The translations under genes and the position numbers were made by a program. A stretch of 57,163 nucleotides of DNA, counting the filler, from Sphacelaria rigidula (lineage: Eukaryota): NCBI GenBank assembly GCA_964200075.2. It is 7 parts of 7 records of this genome, joined end to end, with 100 filler letters (N's around TTAATTAATTAA, not from the genome) between each part and the next. Parts side by side here need not be neighbours in the genome. Positions count along the whole stretch, not along the records: positions 1 to 8,082 come from CAXNAA020012373.1; positions 8,183 to 16,263 come from CAXNAA020012374.1; 5 more parts are not named here. One strand, given 5' to 3'. Positions 1 to 12,300 of the stretch are shown here, piece after piece (position 1 is the stretch's first letter; each line of letters begins with the position of its first letter). The notes below the pieces were generated by a model. That model was not told the origin of the DNA and ran no database searches. It saw only the letters and a list, made by a program, of their open reading frames with translations.

Positions 1-161
1 TGGGGAGTCCCTCAACAGCATTTAGACGCTGCAGTACTAACAAACCTGCTAGCGTCACAAAGACAGCATAGCTTCCACGAGAGGTCTCTACGACTTGCTC
101 AGGTTACCTTGCCCAATTGTCGACCTCGTTCTTGGGCATTTGTACTTACAGTAGTGCTGAT

Positions 162-1246
162 ATATTAGAGAGATTCGTAAGATGGTTTTTTCATCATAGA
201 GTCAGAGTGCAGAGTGGAAGCTTTCAAACTTCATAGTGGACGTTCAAAAGTTCATAGCTGAAGCTGATGTGACGTGGCTTGACGTGATCTGTTTTGTTGC
301 AGTGATTGGCCGCAGGTTGCCCCGCCAAATGTACGATCGACCAGCGTCCACTTCGAAAGTGCATAGGCTGGCACAACACTGACTGCATTGTACACTGCGG
401 CACCGGACGCACCATACACTCCGCTTTTCCACTGCATGTGCAGTACTTTACTCCATTACGGCGCACTACAGGACACTGAAGTGCTGCAGTGCTGTAGTTC
501 TGTGCAGCGTGGAGTACAGTGCAGTACAGAGAGTGCATTGCGAGGCTGTGAGCTATTATACTGTGCAGCGATACGGTACAGAGAGTCAGTTGCAGAAGCA
601 GTAGTACAGACAGTACGGTATGCAGCACTTCCAAACAGCAGACCTCGGCCGCATTGCGATGATTTTTTTACATGCCACCCATAAGGGTGGTGAAAGGCGT
701 TATGATCTCTCACGGGATGGGAACACAGCCAGGTGTAGAACTGCTTGTGCGCTGTAGACTACGAATCGTTCCCACCGTCTTCTTCCAGCTGAAGCTGGCA
801 AGAATTAGGAACTGCACCCAACGTAACGTGTACCTGTCGAGCATTTGAAGTTTCACGCAACACAACCAGGCGGATTGCTGTCATTATGGCGGCATCAGGG
901 AGGTCTGCCGATTGCAATACCAAGCTTTTCTACTTCGTGAATGGCCCATTGTGATGAATATGGCAGTTTTGATGGATGATTAATGTCCCACTTTGCGTGT
1001 AAGGTTGTATTGACTTCAGACTGGACGTGGCCATGATGGTGAAGGTGGGCGTGCTTTTTTTTCATTCCGCTATGAACTCTGAAGAGGAACAACGGTTTTC
1101 AAAGTGAAGTGGTGTGAACGGAACTCTTACTCTGAAAAAGCAGCTCTGAAAATACCTTAATTGCAATAAGTGCACCGTTATCGGCTATTTTCCCTTCCAC
1201 TCTGACTCTAAAATTTGAAAAAACGTTTTCCGAGACTCTCCACTAT
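162..1246. mobile_element. Probable non-autonomous DNA transposon (~1.1 kb) with imperfect terminal inverted repeats
   Basis: TAGAGTCAGAGTG (197-209) is the reverse complement of CACTCTGACTCTA (1198-1210). Weaker complementarity extends out to ~162 and ~1246. The left ~120 bp recurs inverted at 51615-51738. No coding capacity recognised. Confidence 0.45.
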
Positions 1247-2278
1247 CTCAATTGCCTCGAACTCTCGACTTTTGGACGCTGCATTTCCATCGAGCGTCAC
1301 ATCAATCAGGTTGTGCTCGATTAGAATGATATTCTTCCCCCACCACTCCACTTGCGAACATAAGTCAGTCGTCCATGAATTTCATGAAACACCTCATGGT
1401 AACACCAGAAGTCCACATGTACCACCATAATGTATTGCCTGGTAGTACATGTCGGTAACGGTGATGAACAGCAATGAGTGAGGACGCCAGGTACCTCGTG
1501 CTGCTTTCGTTTCGGCAACACGAGCACGGTGTCATTGATGCGAAGAGGATGGCCAGTTTTCCAAGTAGTTGGACGTTTATATTTTTAATAACGCTAGGCC
1601 ACTAGTACTATCTCAGTGCTGGTGGACGATACAGGTAAGTCACCTTCAATTTGGCGTAGTGTTGTGGATACACAGGGAAGCGACATCCTTTCGCGTTGCT
1701 TGTGTTACGGAGAAATCCACAGCTCGATGGATACCGTGGAATAGTTGCTGGAGTTATGGCTTTCACGCATGTTCCGCAAAAATCATCTCCACAGTATCGC
1801 AATAATCCACGGGAGAAAACAGCAAGGGGCGAAATTGTAGACGGCGGCGCTTATGATGCATCACACCGTGGTGATACGCGTGGAACGTGTGCATCAACCG
1901 ATGCCACTGCATGTTATCTGTCCTCGTTCACAAGGAAGATAGAATTGGTTGCCAGTTTGGTACGCCTCGGGGGTCTGACACTTGATTTCAATATAAAACG
2001 GCAATGCCAAAACACCGACGGCAACGCAGACCCTGGCAGGAGGCAGGTCAACCCACACATAGAAGACACTGTAGAAATAGACAAGACAATCAACTCCACA
2101 CCCTCCACCCAGGGAACTACTTGCAAACGAAAGTAGGATGGTGCTAGCTGTACTGAAGTGTTGGGGCAACGCACTATATAGCATTGTAAGTGTTGTACAC
2201 TGCCCTGGCAGCGAGGATCAGTAGGTAGGAATGAATGGGAAAAGCCACGATGCCCTAGGATTTTGGCATCAAGAGAAA

Positions 2279-2306
2279 GTGTGTGTGTGTGTGTGTGTGT
2301 GTGTGT
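2279..2306. repeat. (GT)n microsatellite
   Basis: Perfect GT dinucleotide run. Confidence 0.95.
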
Positions 2307-2523
2307 TGTCTTCCCATGTTTTCTATGCGCCGGTCTACACCTTTCGGTATATGTGGGCGCACCAGCCGGGGTCACACAGGAGGAAGGTCAACACAGGGGC
2401 TTTTTCCATTTTATTTGTATCCAGTACCCCACCTTCCTTTTGCGGTGCTTGCCTTTTTCTATTTTATCGCGAGAGGGGTTCAGCAGTCCTTTTCCCTCAT
2501 CGACCGTCAAGTCATATTTTGTG

Positions 2524-2653
2524 TACCCACGACATAGTCGCTCTCCACTGTTGGGCATGGCGTGAGAAAACCCAGATCGCTCCGAGAATTGAACCCACGA
2601 CCCAACCCTGAGAAGGTTTCGAGCTTTCCAACTGAGTCACCTGGGCGACCGGC
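2524..2653 (-). mobile_element. tRNA-derived SINE (family A), 5' portion
   Basis: Minus strand reads GCCGGTCGCCCAGGTGACTCAGTTGG (A-box-like) ... GGGTTCAATTCTC (B-box-like), followed by a non-tRNA body. Homologous copy at 51451-51590. Confidence 0.7.
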
Positions 2654-3883
2654 TTAAAGAGAGGACAGATTATGCTTGTGGCGGGCTAAGGCTGTGTTTA
2701 ATCGGAACGAAAATAATCACACTCTGCGATTGGCCGTGGTGATGTCACCCCCGAACGACACCAATCTTGGATGTGATTTCTGGCGTCAGAAATGCGATCT
2801 ATGACCAATCTTCTTGGATGTTAATGAATCATTCGATCTGTTCGAAATATCAAGATCCCCATATCGGAGCATATCATGTACCGACACCCCCAGCACACGC
2901 ACATTATGTCACTCAATAGAGAAGAATATGCAACCCATAATTACCATTGAGTATATAGCGCTACATGAATCGCTCTCAACGGACGATTTCCGCCTGCCGC
3001 GCCTGCTGCTTCAGCCTCACCAACGGCTGTCATTGGGCCGAACACCTGATGGTGAGACTTCAGGGAGGGCCATTGTTTCGACTGGACGAGTTGCAGTGTT
3101 CTGCAAGGTACTGCCGTCGAAAAAACATGAGAAAGGGTCGATAGTTCCGCCGCGTTTCTTTCGGTGCATCAGTCATCGCGCTAATGGCTTCTGTGGCATT
3201 AATTGGCGAATGTGACATTTTCGAAAAGAATCAAAACTGATGCGTTCTCGGCAAAATCACATAATAGAAGGAAATTCTGGAACGTGATTTCTTCGTTCGG
3301 ATGGCGCCGTGTCTTGACGGAACCTGAAAACTCATTCGATGTTTTCTTGTTTTGTTGATACAGATGATCAGTTCGGGCCTTATCGAGCGTGCACTCTCAG
3401 CAAAAATTCACCGCCTAGAGGAAAATGTAGAATAAGCCCACTGAAAGCAAACTGTGGCCGCGCTGAAACGGAGCGCGCTGAATCATAATTCTACGGCACA
3501 GTAGAGGCAAGAGTACGTTAACACCTGATCAGGCGGCACAGCACAGTACAGCCCGTCTCGCGGACAATATTTGCCCTCCCCGAAGCATCGTGCGCGCCGC
3601 AGGTGGTGACTACCGTAAGACATCAGCGTCTTTCGATACTGATAAGTGATGTAATGTGATGAAATGGTGATCACACTGTGCCGTCTTTCCACTGTTCCCG
3701 GACGATGGAAACGGCATTTCGACAGCTCAACAAGAATTGAGAAAGTTCAAGACGCAAATGACTTTGCAAATAGGTTGTTTTGGGAGGGGTGGTGTGGCGA
3801 ATCAGAGACGCCCGTGAGGCGGCTGATACTCTGGAGTTCCCTGGAGATCTCGTCGCACCCTATAGGGGGGTGGGAGGTGAGTC

Positions 3884-4376
3884 CATGATTCTGCATGCCG
3901 TAGTCATGGTACTCGCACCCCTACAAAGCTGGGACGGAGCACGACGGGTTTTCGTCGGACCAGGCTCGCGATCACGAAGCGCGAATCGCCGTGGCGTGTT
4001 CGACAAGTCGCACGACGGGTTAGCTGCATCCTTCCAAGGTTGTTCGGCCCGAAGCGTACGAATCACCTTGCATGTGGATGACATCGTCAAATGAATGCTT
4101 TCTCTTCTGGTCTCGCCACTTCCAGAGACAGCGTGGCGCGCGCGGGGGGGGTGTACTCACGATCTTGCATGCCGTAACAAAAAGACTATTGACCTCACAT
4201 CCCTACAAAGCCGAGACGAAGCACGCCGGATTTCGCTGGACCAGGCTTGCAATCACCGAGTGCGAAGCGCCGTGATGTGTTCGGCGAGTCGCACGAAGGA
4301 AGAGCTGCATCCTACTACAATTGTTTGGCCTGAAGAGCGTTAATTATCTTGCAACTGGATGACAGCCTACAATGAG
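3884..4376 (+). repeat. Diverged tandem duplication (~275-bp period) of a dispersed repeat
   Basis: TGCATGCCGTA...CCCTACAAAGC...GGACCAGGCT...GCTGCATCCT...CTTGCA.TGGATGACA occurs twice. The 3' part recurs at 8185-8255 (+) and ~40722-40794 (-). Confidence 0.7.
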
Positions 4377-4380
4377 AGGG

Positions 4381-4451
4381 GGAGGGGGGCTCATTTGTTG
4401 CTTGCCTTAGTATTTAACCACTGACCACGCTTCCCCTGCGAGATGAAGCAC
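4381..4451 (+). repeat. Short dispersed repeat (G-run + CTCATTTGTTGCTTGCCTTAGT...TGACCACGC)
   Basis: Same ~70-bp motif at 56691-56762 and 57002-57075, and inverted at ~40906-40975. Confidence 0.75.
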
Positions 4452-4849
4452 TGCTCTTACTCTTGATAGACATCTCTTGTATTTGGGTGCTCATAACGGT
4501 TTTTGCACGCACTACACGATAATCTTTTGCTTGTCCTACCTCCTTCGTATTTCGCCGCCTGTGGACACTTATCTCCAAATATCGCGATCGTTTTCTCGTT
4601 ATCCAGTACCTCAAACGTTTCATTTCAACCTCGTTTACATTCCTCACCTCCTGTAACACACCTCATTCCTCCTTGTATAGTTCACATTCTCCCACTGCAT
4701 GATTTCTATTTGGTGCCTTTGCCGCAAGGGCCTTCTGTCACTTACTTATTTCTCTACCTGATCACTGGTACACCTTTTTTTTCTTTCTGGCAGGTCCAGG
4801 TCCCCCACACGAAATCGCAGTTGCAACGTTTTGGCGCAGTCGGCTAGAC

Positions 4850-5472
4850 TGTGCAAAATATATTTTTTACACCGTGGATAATACAAAATGTAATATATAT
4901 ATATATATATATATTGCTCGCTGAATATGTCGACGTGTCGGGTGGTCAAAATATATTGGGCGAGAAATATGGTGGCACAAGAGACGAGTCGATATATATT
5001 GTGTCATCAATATGTCAAGGCTCGCGATGTGCAATATATATCGACCGAACAATATATCACGACACGCGCCACCTCAAAATATATTGGTCGAGTAATATGT
5101 TGGTGCGAGAACGCATCAATATATCAATATATATTTGTCGAGTAATATATTGGTTGCCACACGAGGTCAATATATATTGACGATTCAAAATACTCAACAC
5201 CTGAAGCGCCAATATATGTTGCTGTCCCAACACGTCGTGCGTCAATGCGTCCAATACATATTGGGCGAAAAATACACAAGGGAGTCGACCGTCACAATAC
5301 ATATCGGTGCGGAAATACAATTGGTGATTCAAGATGAATATTGAAAAGTGTAAAGGAATGAGTATGGTGGGCCGTTTCATGTTCGTGGATGTTATAAAAA
5401 AGTATATCACCAGATGCCGAAAACGCTCAATATAGTCCTCCGCGAGCGTGTCAAATATATATTGGCTGCACA
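4850..5472. mobile_element. AT-rich MITE-like element with many AATATAT/ATATATT sub-repeats
   Basis: TGTGCAAAATATATT at the left end versus AATATATATTGGCTGCACA at the right end. Interior built from reiterated AATATATTGG / CGAGTAATAT motifs and a (TA)n run. Confidence 0.4.
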
Positions 5473-5699
5473 ATAGCTATGCGATGAGCGCGTGCAACAC
5501 GTATTGGAAAAACAATGTTTTTGCGTGGTTTTTGGTCCAATATATATGATGACAACAATATGTTATGCATCGCAATACATACACAGCCGGCATGCACAAC
5601 ATATATTGAATATTTTGTTCCCGGAGCAAAAACGTGCCCAATATATATTGCCATGCATTAATTCATGATTATGACACGAGAAGCATATATTGCTACTTC

Positions 5700-8082
5700 A
5701 TGCGTACCACCCTTCCTCCTGGCCTGCTCCCTGCGGGGGTGGGCCGAGGACCGCTAGTGATCTTCAACCACACACATAGACCACCAAACCAACGAAAGCG
5801 GAGCAGGGAAAGGTAAGGGACAAGAGCCCGAGCATCGTGTCGACGTGGACTCTGAGTTTGAGGCGATAGGAGATACAGGGGTCGTGAGACACAGTGTAAC
5901 TCATATCGCACTAAAATGTTCAGATACCACCCCCTTTCCCCGACTACCCATACTGGGGTGGGCAGAAGTCCCCTGTGATCTTAGACCACCATCCAAAGAT
6001 CATCCAACGACGAGCCCGAGCCTCGCATCGACGGGTAGACTAAGTTAGGAAGATAAGAGGAACCACGATCACGAGAGTGACTTGTGCTTCGTTTCGGAAC
6101 AACTCAGCGGCGGCATGCGGCTTAACGCCAAAGCACTGGTCTGGACACCAGGGCTATGCAGCAGCGGAGAGCGCAGTGGGGACAGCCTAGACAGGAATGG
6201 AGGGGCTGCACATCGCGTGGGTACGCACACCAGGAGCGAGGAGGGAGTAGAGTCGGACAGAGCAGGAGAGTTGCACCTACCTGTTGAAAAAAAACGAGCT
6301 CCGAGCTAGCAATAGCCAGAGAGTCCAAAACGCGATAAAAATAAAGCAAATAAAAAAAGGCAGGAAGAAGAGGAGGAGGGACCGGGCGAGGCGGAGGCGT
6401 GCTAGGGAAGCAGCACGAGTAGCTAGGGCGAGACAACGGAGTCAACTTGTGAAGGTAGCCACTTTCAATGTCAGAACTCTAGCTGTGAAAGGGGCCAACG
6501 GATGGCGGCGAGACTACAGCGTCTTGCACGAGGCCGCGAGACTTAACATCTCGGTGGTAGGACTGTAGGAGACACGAAGGGCGGGGCGAACAGGCTGTAC
6601 AGCAGCAGGGTTCAGAGTCTCCTGCTGTGGGAGAGAGTCAGGTGGGCAACACGGTGTGGGTATAGCCGTGAAAGAGTCGATTTGCAATAACGCCACCTAT
6701 ACCACTGAGTACATTGACGAGCGCCTCATGGCAATGCGGTTTGGAATATCGGGACAGAGCGGAGCGATCAATTTCGTAGCTGCGTATGCACCAACTTAAG
6801 TCGCCAAGAACGAAACGAAACAAGCGTTCCGGGATGGGCTTGACGATCTGGTACAGCAAATCCCGTCGTAGGAACGTCGAAGGAATGTGTGTATGTTTTG
6901 ATGGATGCCAACGCGCGGACGGGGGGAAAAGTAGGAGAGGGCGCAGAGGACGAAGGGGTCCTAGGCGCCTATGGATGTGATGAGCTGAACGATAACGGCA
7001 AACTTCTGCTAACTTTCGCAACCGAGAACAAACTAGCCATCACGAACACCTTCTTTAGCACTCGCAAAGGCGGAGTCTCGCACACATACAACGGCATTGT
7101 GAGGAATCGCACAAGCGACCCCAAGCGCATATACTACATTCTTTCCCGGCAGGCACACCGAGGTAGAGTGCGCAACGTAGTCGTACACCCCCAACCCGCA
7201 CCCCCTACTAAGCGGAGGCGGACCACAACATGGTGGTGGCCACTGTCGACCTCGGGGGCCGCATTGCCCACAACCGTAAAGTATGCACCAAGTCGAAGCA
7301 GCGGCAATTCAGTCGACTGCAGACCGAAATGGCAAGGTGGCACGTGACCGAGAGGTTCCTACATAACCTCGCCGAGCAAAAATACCAACCAATCACCAGC
7401 GCACCGGCGGCCGCGAAGGTGTTTACCGAAGCTATCCTCGGAGCAGCGCAGACAGTTTCTCCCGGAAGAGGCACGGATACCATGTATGCCGAAATCGTGT
7501 GAAAACCCCGGCACGAGAGCAACAGTGGAAGCAGCGCTCGCCAAACGACGGGAGGCACGCCAACTGATGAAGCATCACCGGACCCCAGCGTCGTGGAAAG
7601 CACTCAGAGCCACGTGTAAGAACGTCGTACAGCAATCGATGACGGCACCTATGCACATCTGGAGAGGTATGTAGCAAGGCTAGAAGTTATTTACAATGAC
7701 CGCGACATGAGAGGCCTGTACAAACACCTCAAGAGATCGGTGGGTCTTGGTGGAAGGCAATCCGGGGGGGCAGCAGTTCATAAAGGACGAGAACGGCGTC
7801 CTACTGAGGAACAAAATTGCCATCCCTAAACGGTGGGCGAAATTTCTCTGCACCCTGTTCAACGCCAAATCGCCCACGCTGAACTCAGCCATCATCGAGG
7901 AGGTGAAGCAGCGACTGGCAGCGTCAACCACCGGGGATTCAGTACCGCTCGGGGCAGCACCAACAATGGAGGAAACCAGACGAGCAGTCCGGGGGATGCA
8001 CAACTGGAAAACGCCAGGACACGACTTCCTCCCTGTGGAACTAGTCAAGATCGACGGCCGCGCCGAGCCCGTCGTCCTTGAA
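5700..8082 (+). mobile_element. Degenerate non-LTR retrotransposon (LINE, RTE-like): APE endonuclease plus start of RT region, cut by contig end
   Basis: Ordered APE motifs across frames: VATFNVRTL, VGL*ETR, HGVGIAV, FVAAYAPT*, MDANAR, LNDNGKLLL, NTFF, HTY, IYYIL, DHNMVVA. Then the pre-RT motif PTMEETRRAVRGMHNWKTPGHDFLPVE. In-frame stops and frameshifts. The 5' boundary is approximate. Confidence 0.9.
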
Positions 8083-8182
8083 NNNNNNNNNNNNNNNNNN
8101 NNNNNNNNNNNNNNNNNNNNNNNNNNTTAATTAATTAANNNNNNNNNNNNNNNNNNNNNNNNNNNNNNNNNNNNNNNNNNNN
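8083..8182. other. Artificial contig spacer (44 N + TTAATTAATTAA + 44 N)
   Basis: 100-bp N block with six-frame stop linker. Confidence 0.98.
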
Positions 8183-10778
8183 CTGATTATCTTGCATTTG
8201 GATGACAGCCTACAATGAGTTGCTTTATTATCTGGTATTGCCATTTCCTGAGAACCTTTTAGTGGGGGGGGGGGGGGCAAGTAGATGGCGATGGATAGCG
8301 CCATCACGTTTTCGGACAAGAGAGGAGCTCCTGCGCAGTCCTTGTTGCCCGTGGCACTATTTGGCCCATAGACGCGACCGAAAGTTCGTGAAGGTTGATT
8401 GATGTGCCTTGCCCGGGCCATGATCGCGTCCCTACTTCGTCAGGATAAGATTGTGATTGATTCACGAGGAGCACGGGCAGAGATCGTACCTGTCTTTTGC
8501 CACTATCTCGTTTCGGTTGAAAAGGGGGTGGGTCGACCCACTTTCGTATATTGCCCTTTTGTGTCGCCGTAAGAAGTGAGTGTCCAGCCCATTCCCTCTT
8601 TCCATCACTAGTGGCCGAATACAAAACACCGGAGAGATGAGGAAATAGCTAGATATGTACCAGTTCAGAACAGCTTGCCCGAGTATCTGATGCGGGGAGA
8701 TATCGTCATGCTCTGTCGCATGTGTGGATACAGCATCCAGCATGGATCAAAATGTTCTTTGCATTCGGTTGCTCGGTGAAATAACGGAGCGCACGCTTCA
8801 CCAGTGAGCGTGACCGACGCAATACTGCCCGTCCAAGTGCCAATGCTGCAGTGCGTGACGTAGTTGTTTCACGCTCTTCGGTCTTGCACTTGCTGCACAA
8901 ACAGCGTGCGTTGCTCGGTGACTACCGTACCGCGTAGTAATATGTTGTGTACTCAACACTGTACGGTGAGTTTGTACATTTCCGTTCACTCACTTAATAA
9001 GCAGCACAGCATACACGCGCCGACGTCACATATTAACCCGTCAAGCGCAAACTATGTGGCGATGACGTGTAGGCTTTTCGATGCCGCTTATGAAAACCGC
9101 TGATCGCCACGACATAGCACAACTCAGCAGCAGATTCGTTTCATTCCAAAGATGAACTTTGTGCGCCTTTGTGTACGCAAGCTCTTGTAAAATCTATCTT
9201 ATACAACCAGATATAATCTCTAGTACAAACGCATAGGGGTTGCGGGGACCAAATACTTCCTGTCCACGCCGCAGCACAGCTGATGAAGCGCTTTTGGACA
9301 TCACACCGCCGACGCACCGACCGTGTGCCGGTAGTGAATGTCGGAGTTGCTTTGTCCATCCAGGCTACTGATGTGGCTGCAATACATTTGCCGACGATGT
9401 TCGGGATACTGCCGCTCATATGTGCAACCATGAACCCAGAGGGAAGGTGAAAACAAGAAGCTGGCGCGAACCATGCACCCAGAGATGCCTTCGCACGCCG
9501 GCGCGCACCTGCTGAACCTTTGCCTGCCGGTACCGGTACGGAACCTTGTTTCTGTAGTGCGTCTCGGCGTTTTTGTAGCATAGGGTGCTATGTACACGGA
9601 GTGTGCATCGAAACGATGATAGTACATGTTGTCGCTGTGATAGTCTTGATTCGACCTCACTGTATAACTCCTGTTTCACTTCTGGTCTCTACCACAGCGG
9701 CAGGTCTTTCAACATTCTGGGAGAAACCACCCACGAATCGTGCGAGGAGCGGACGTAATCGTTGCACAAATCGAACACTGCTAAAACTTTTACAGAGGCC
9801 GCAGGGTGATGCTGACAGCACAGAATCACCTGGGTAGATTTCGCTCGGCGATGTAGATCTTGCCACAGCTGATTTGATCGACAATATTTCACCACATCCG
9901 TGCCGGTGTGACTTGGATGTGGATTTCTATACAAACCTCGGTCTGTATCGTCATTGTACTCACGGAGTTCGCAACACAGATGAGTAGCTGAAACTCTGTA
10001 GCGCTTGGAGAGCCATAGCGGCTTACAGAGCCCCCGCAATAACACCTGCGGTACGTTGAGTCACGTCCGCTTTCGAGTCGTCCCGTCCAAGAGTTCAACA
10101 TCGCCGTGACCCTTCTCCTTAGCCATGTATGACCCGTGCATTTTTGCAGACGGTGTTCAACACAAAAGCTGTCCACCCCTCACCACACGCGCCCGTTTTA
10201 TGCTTACCGACGTGTATTATGCTATGTGATGCATAGCGATCGCTGAGTCATCGGGTGATTTTGTCTGTCTCTTTTATTTGAACAACGATTTCTCGCTGGC
10301 TCGTCCTGTCTGACGTACAAACCTTGGGTTTTGTAATCCAATTTTCAGCTGAAAAATGGTGCTGTTCTCGGGCCTTTTCTCATGTCACATTGATCTCTTG
10401 TGACAGAAGCCTTGTGACAGAAAACTTCGTTTTTTTCAGTATCATAGGTTGTACAGAGTATTACACTGGACACAATACAGAAGTCCAACAGTGATACTAG
10501 AACGTTTTTGAACCGACGGTAGACTACACGAATAGAAGTGTACTGACAGAAGTCCAACAGTGTTTTTAGAACTTCATGGGATAGACAGTTGGGATTATGT
10601 CACTAGCAGTAGCCATGCTGACTCCAGTGCTATCACCAGCAGTAGCCACGCGTGGGAGGCACACTCCACGTGCACAGCTCGCACAGAGAGATGCGTACAG
10701 TTATTTCCTATACCTTTGCGGAGTAAGCAAGCATGGACCCAGCGGGGGGTAGTACGTACCAGCGCTGTCCAGCACGGT

Positions 10779-11016
10779 GGCTATCACTCGCAAGGTGCGT
10801 AGGTGTTGTCGCACGGTCGAAACGCAAACCGTCCACGATGAAGAGCAGCCGTAGCAGCAGTAGCAGCATCTGCACCGGCTGATTCAGACCCACCCCCAAC
10901 TGTACACATACACTGGCAATGAAGATGCTGCTGCTGCTGCTGCTGCTGCTTCTCGTGCGAGAGGCGGTCCGCGTTTCAACGTGCGACAATACCCATGAAC
11001 CTGGCGCGTTATTGCC
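10779..11016 (+). ncRNA. Candidate long hairpin RNA / pre-miRNA, copy 1
   Basis: GGTGTTGTCGCACGGTCGAAACGC pairs with GCGTTTCAACGTGCGACAATACC. The CAG tract pairs with the CTG tract. Several G:U pairs on the + strand. No expression evidence. Confidence 0.5.
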
Positions 11017-11312
11017 TCCTCCCTACTTGAAATCGACCATGATCTGTTTGCATGTTATTACCCTCATACTGTATCAGTATACTGTAGCATTTTCAGTACG
11101 AGTACGTATCACTTGTTTCCCCCCTATATTGGACGTTGGCCTTATTCCCATAACGAGCAGTAGCCGCGCGTGCGAGACACCCGACGTGCACATCACCCGA
11201 CGTGCACATCTCCTACAGAGAAATGCGCACAGCTATATCCCCCAGCACTTAGCCAGGTGAGGAAGCATGAACCCATCAACGGGTAGTGCGGACCAGCGCC
11301 TTCCAGCACGGT

Positions 11313-11541
11313 GGCTATCACTCGCGAGGTGCTTGGGTGTTGTCGCGCGGTCGAAACGCGGACCGTCTACGATGAAGAGCAGCAGCAGCAGCAGTACCAG
11401 CAGCAGCATCCGCACCGGCTGATTCAGACCCACCCCCAGCCGCGCACATTTACTGGCAAAAAGTATGCTGCTGCTTCTCGTGCGGGAGGCGGCCCGCGTT
11501 TCGACGTGCGACAATACCCATGCACCTGGCGCGTTATTGCC
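11313..11541 (+). ncRNA. Candidate long hairpin RNA / pre-miRNA, copy 2
   Basis: TGGGTGTTGTCGCGCGGTCGAAACGCGGACCGTCT pairs with AGGCGGCCCGCGTTTCGACGTGCGACAATACCCA, including G:U pairs. Confidence 0.5.
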
Positions 11542-11786
11542 TCCTCCCTAATCGGAATCGACTATGATCTGTTTGCGTGTTGTTACCTACATAGCATTTT
11601 CAGTACAAGTACAGTACGTATCATTTGCTCTCCCCCGCATTGGACGCGGACTTTATTCCCATAACCAGCAGTAGCCACGCGCGCGAGACACACACGACGT
11701 GCACAGCTCGCACAGAGAGATGCACACAGCTATATCTCCCAGCAGTTGGCCTAGTGGGAAGCATGGACTCATCGGCGGGTAGTACG

Positions 11787-12080
11787 GACCAGCGCCCTCC
11801 AGCATGGTGGCTATCACGCGCAAGGTGCGTGGGCGTTGTCGCACGATCGAAACGCGGACCGTTTCTCCCGTGAGGGAGAACGGCAGCAGCAGCAGCAGCA
11901 ATATCGGTACCGGCTGATTCAGACCCACCCCCGCTCGCGTACATCTACTGGCATTAAAGATGCTGCTGATACTGCTGCTGTTGCTTCTACTTCTCGTACG
12001 GAAGGCGGTCCGCGTTTCGACCTGCGATAACACCCATACCCCCTTGCGCGTAATTACCGCCCTCCTTGTAGTCGCTGGTT
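11787..12080 (+). ncRNA. Candidate long hairpin RNA / pre-miRNA, copy 3 (most extensive pairing)
   Basis: GACCAGCG..ACGCGCAAGG..TTGTCGCA..TCGAAACGCGGACCGTTT..CAGCAGCAG pairs with CTGCTGCTG..AGGCGGTCCGCGTTTCGA..TGCGATAA..CCTTGCGCGT..CGCTGGTT. Confidence 0.55.
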
Positions 12081-12247
12081 TGTTCGCGTGCTGTTTTACA
12101 GTCTCGATATCACTTTGTAATTATCGGGGTCAGCTTTACATATAGCGTCGCTTGCGTTGACTGCAGGCGGCTACATTTTCCTAAAGTATGTGCCGTACAA
12201 ACGACGCCACTTTTTCCGCGAGGCGTTTCAGCTCACTCTCACCCGTG

Positions 12248-12300
12248 TCTGATGACGTATTTTCTGCGCTCTTGGTATTTGTGCTTCCGTGAACAGTTAG
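12248..12300 (+). promoter_or_regulatory. Possible 3' splice acceptor upstream of the EsV-1-7 ORF
   Basis: CTGAT/TGAC branch-like motif, T/C-rich tract, then CAG (12294-12296) and TAG (12298-12300). Confidence 0.35.

Larger units (their letters stand above)
10633..12100 (+). repeat. Three diverged tandem copies of a ~510-bp unit containing CAG and CTG tracts
   Basis: Units begin near 10633, 11150 and 11661 (..CAGCAGTAGCC.CGCG..). Shared internal landmarks at 10874, 11414 and 11909. Confidence 0.9.

Noticed and set aside
8127-8138. Periodic TTAATTAATTAA motif every ~8.18 kb
   Set aside because: Assembly linker embedded in Ns, not biological.
10708-12145. PolyQ/polyL/polyA ORFs in the tandem units
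   Set aside because: These are products of the CAG/CTG tracts. Stops and frame changes differ between copies, and the tracts are better explained as pairing arms.
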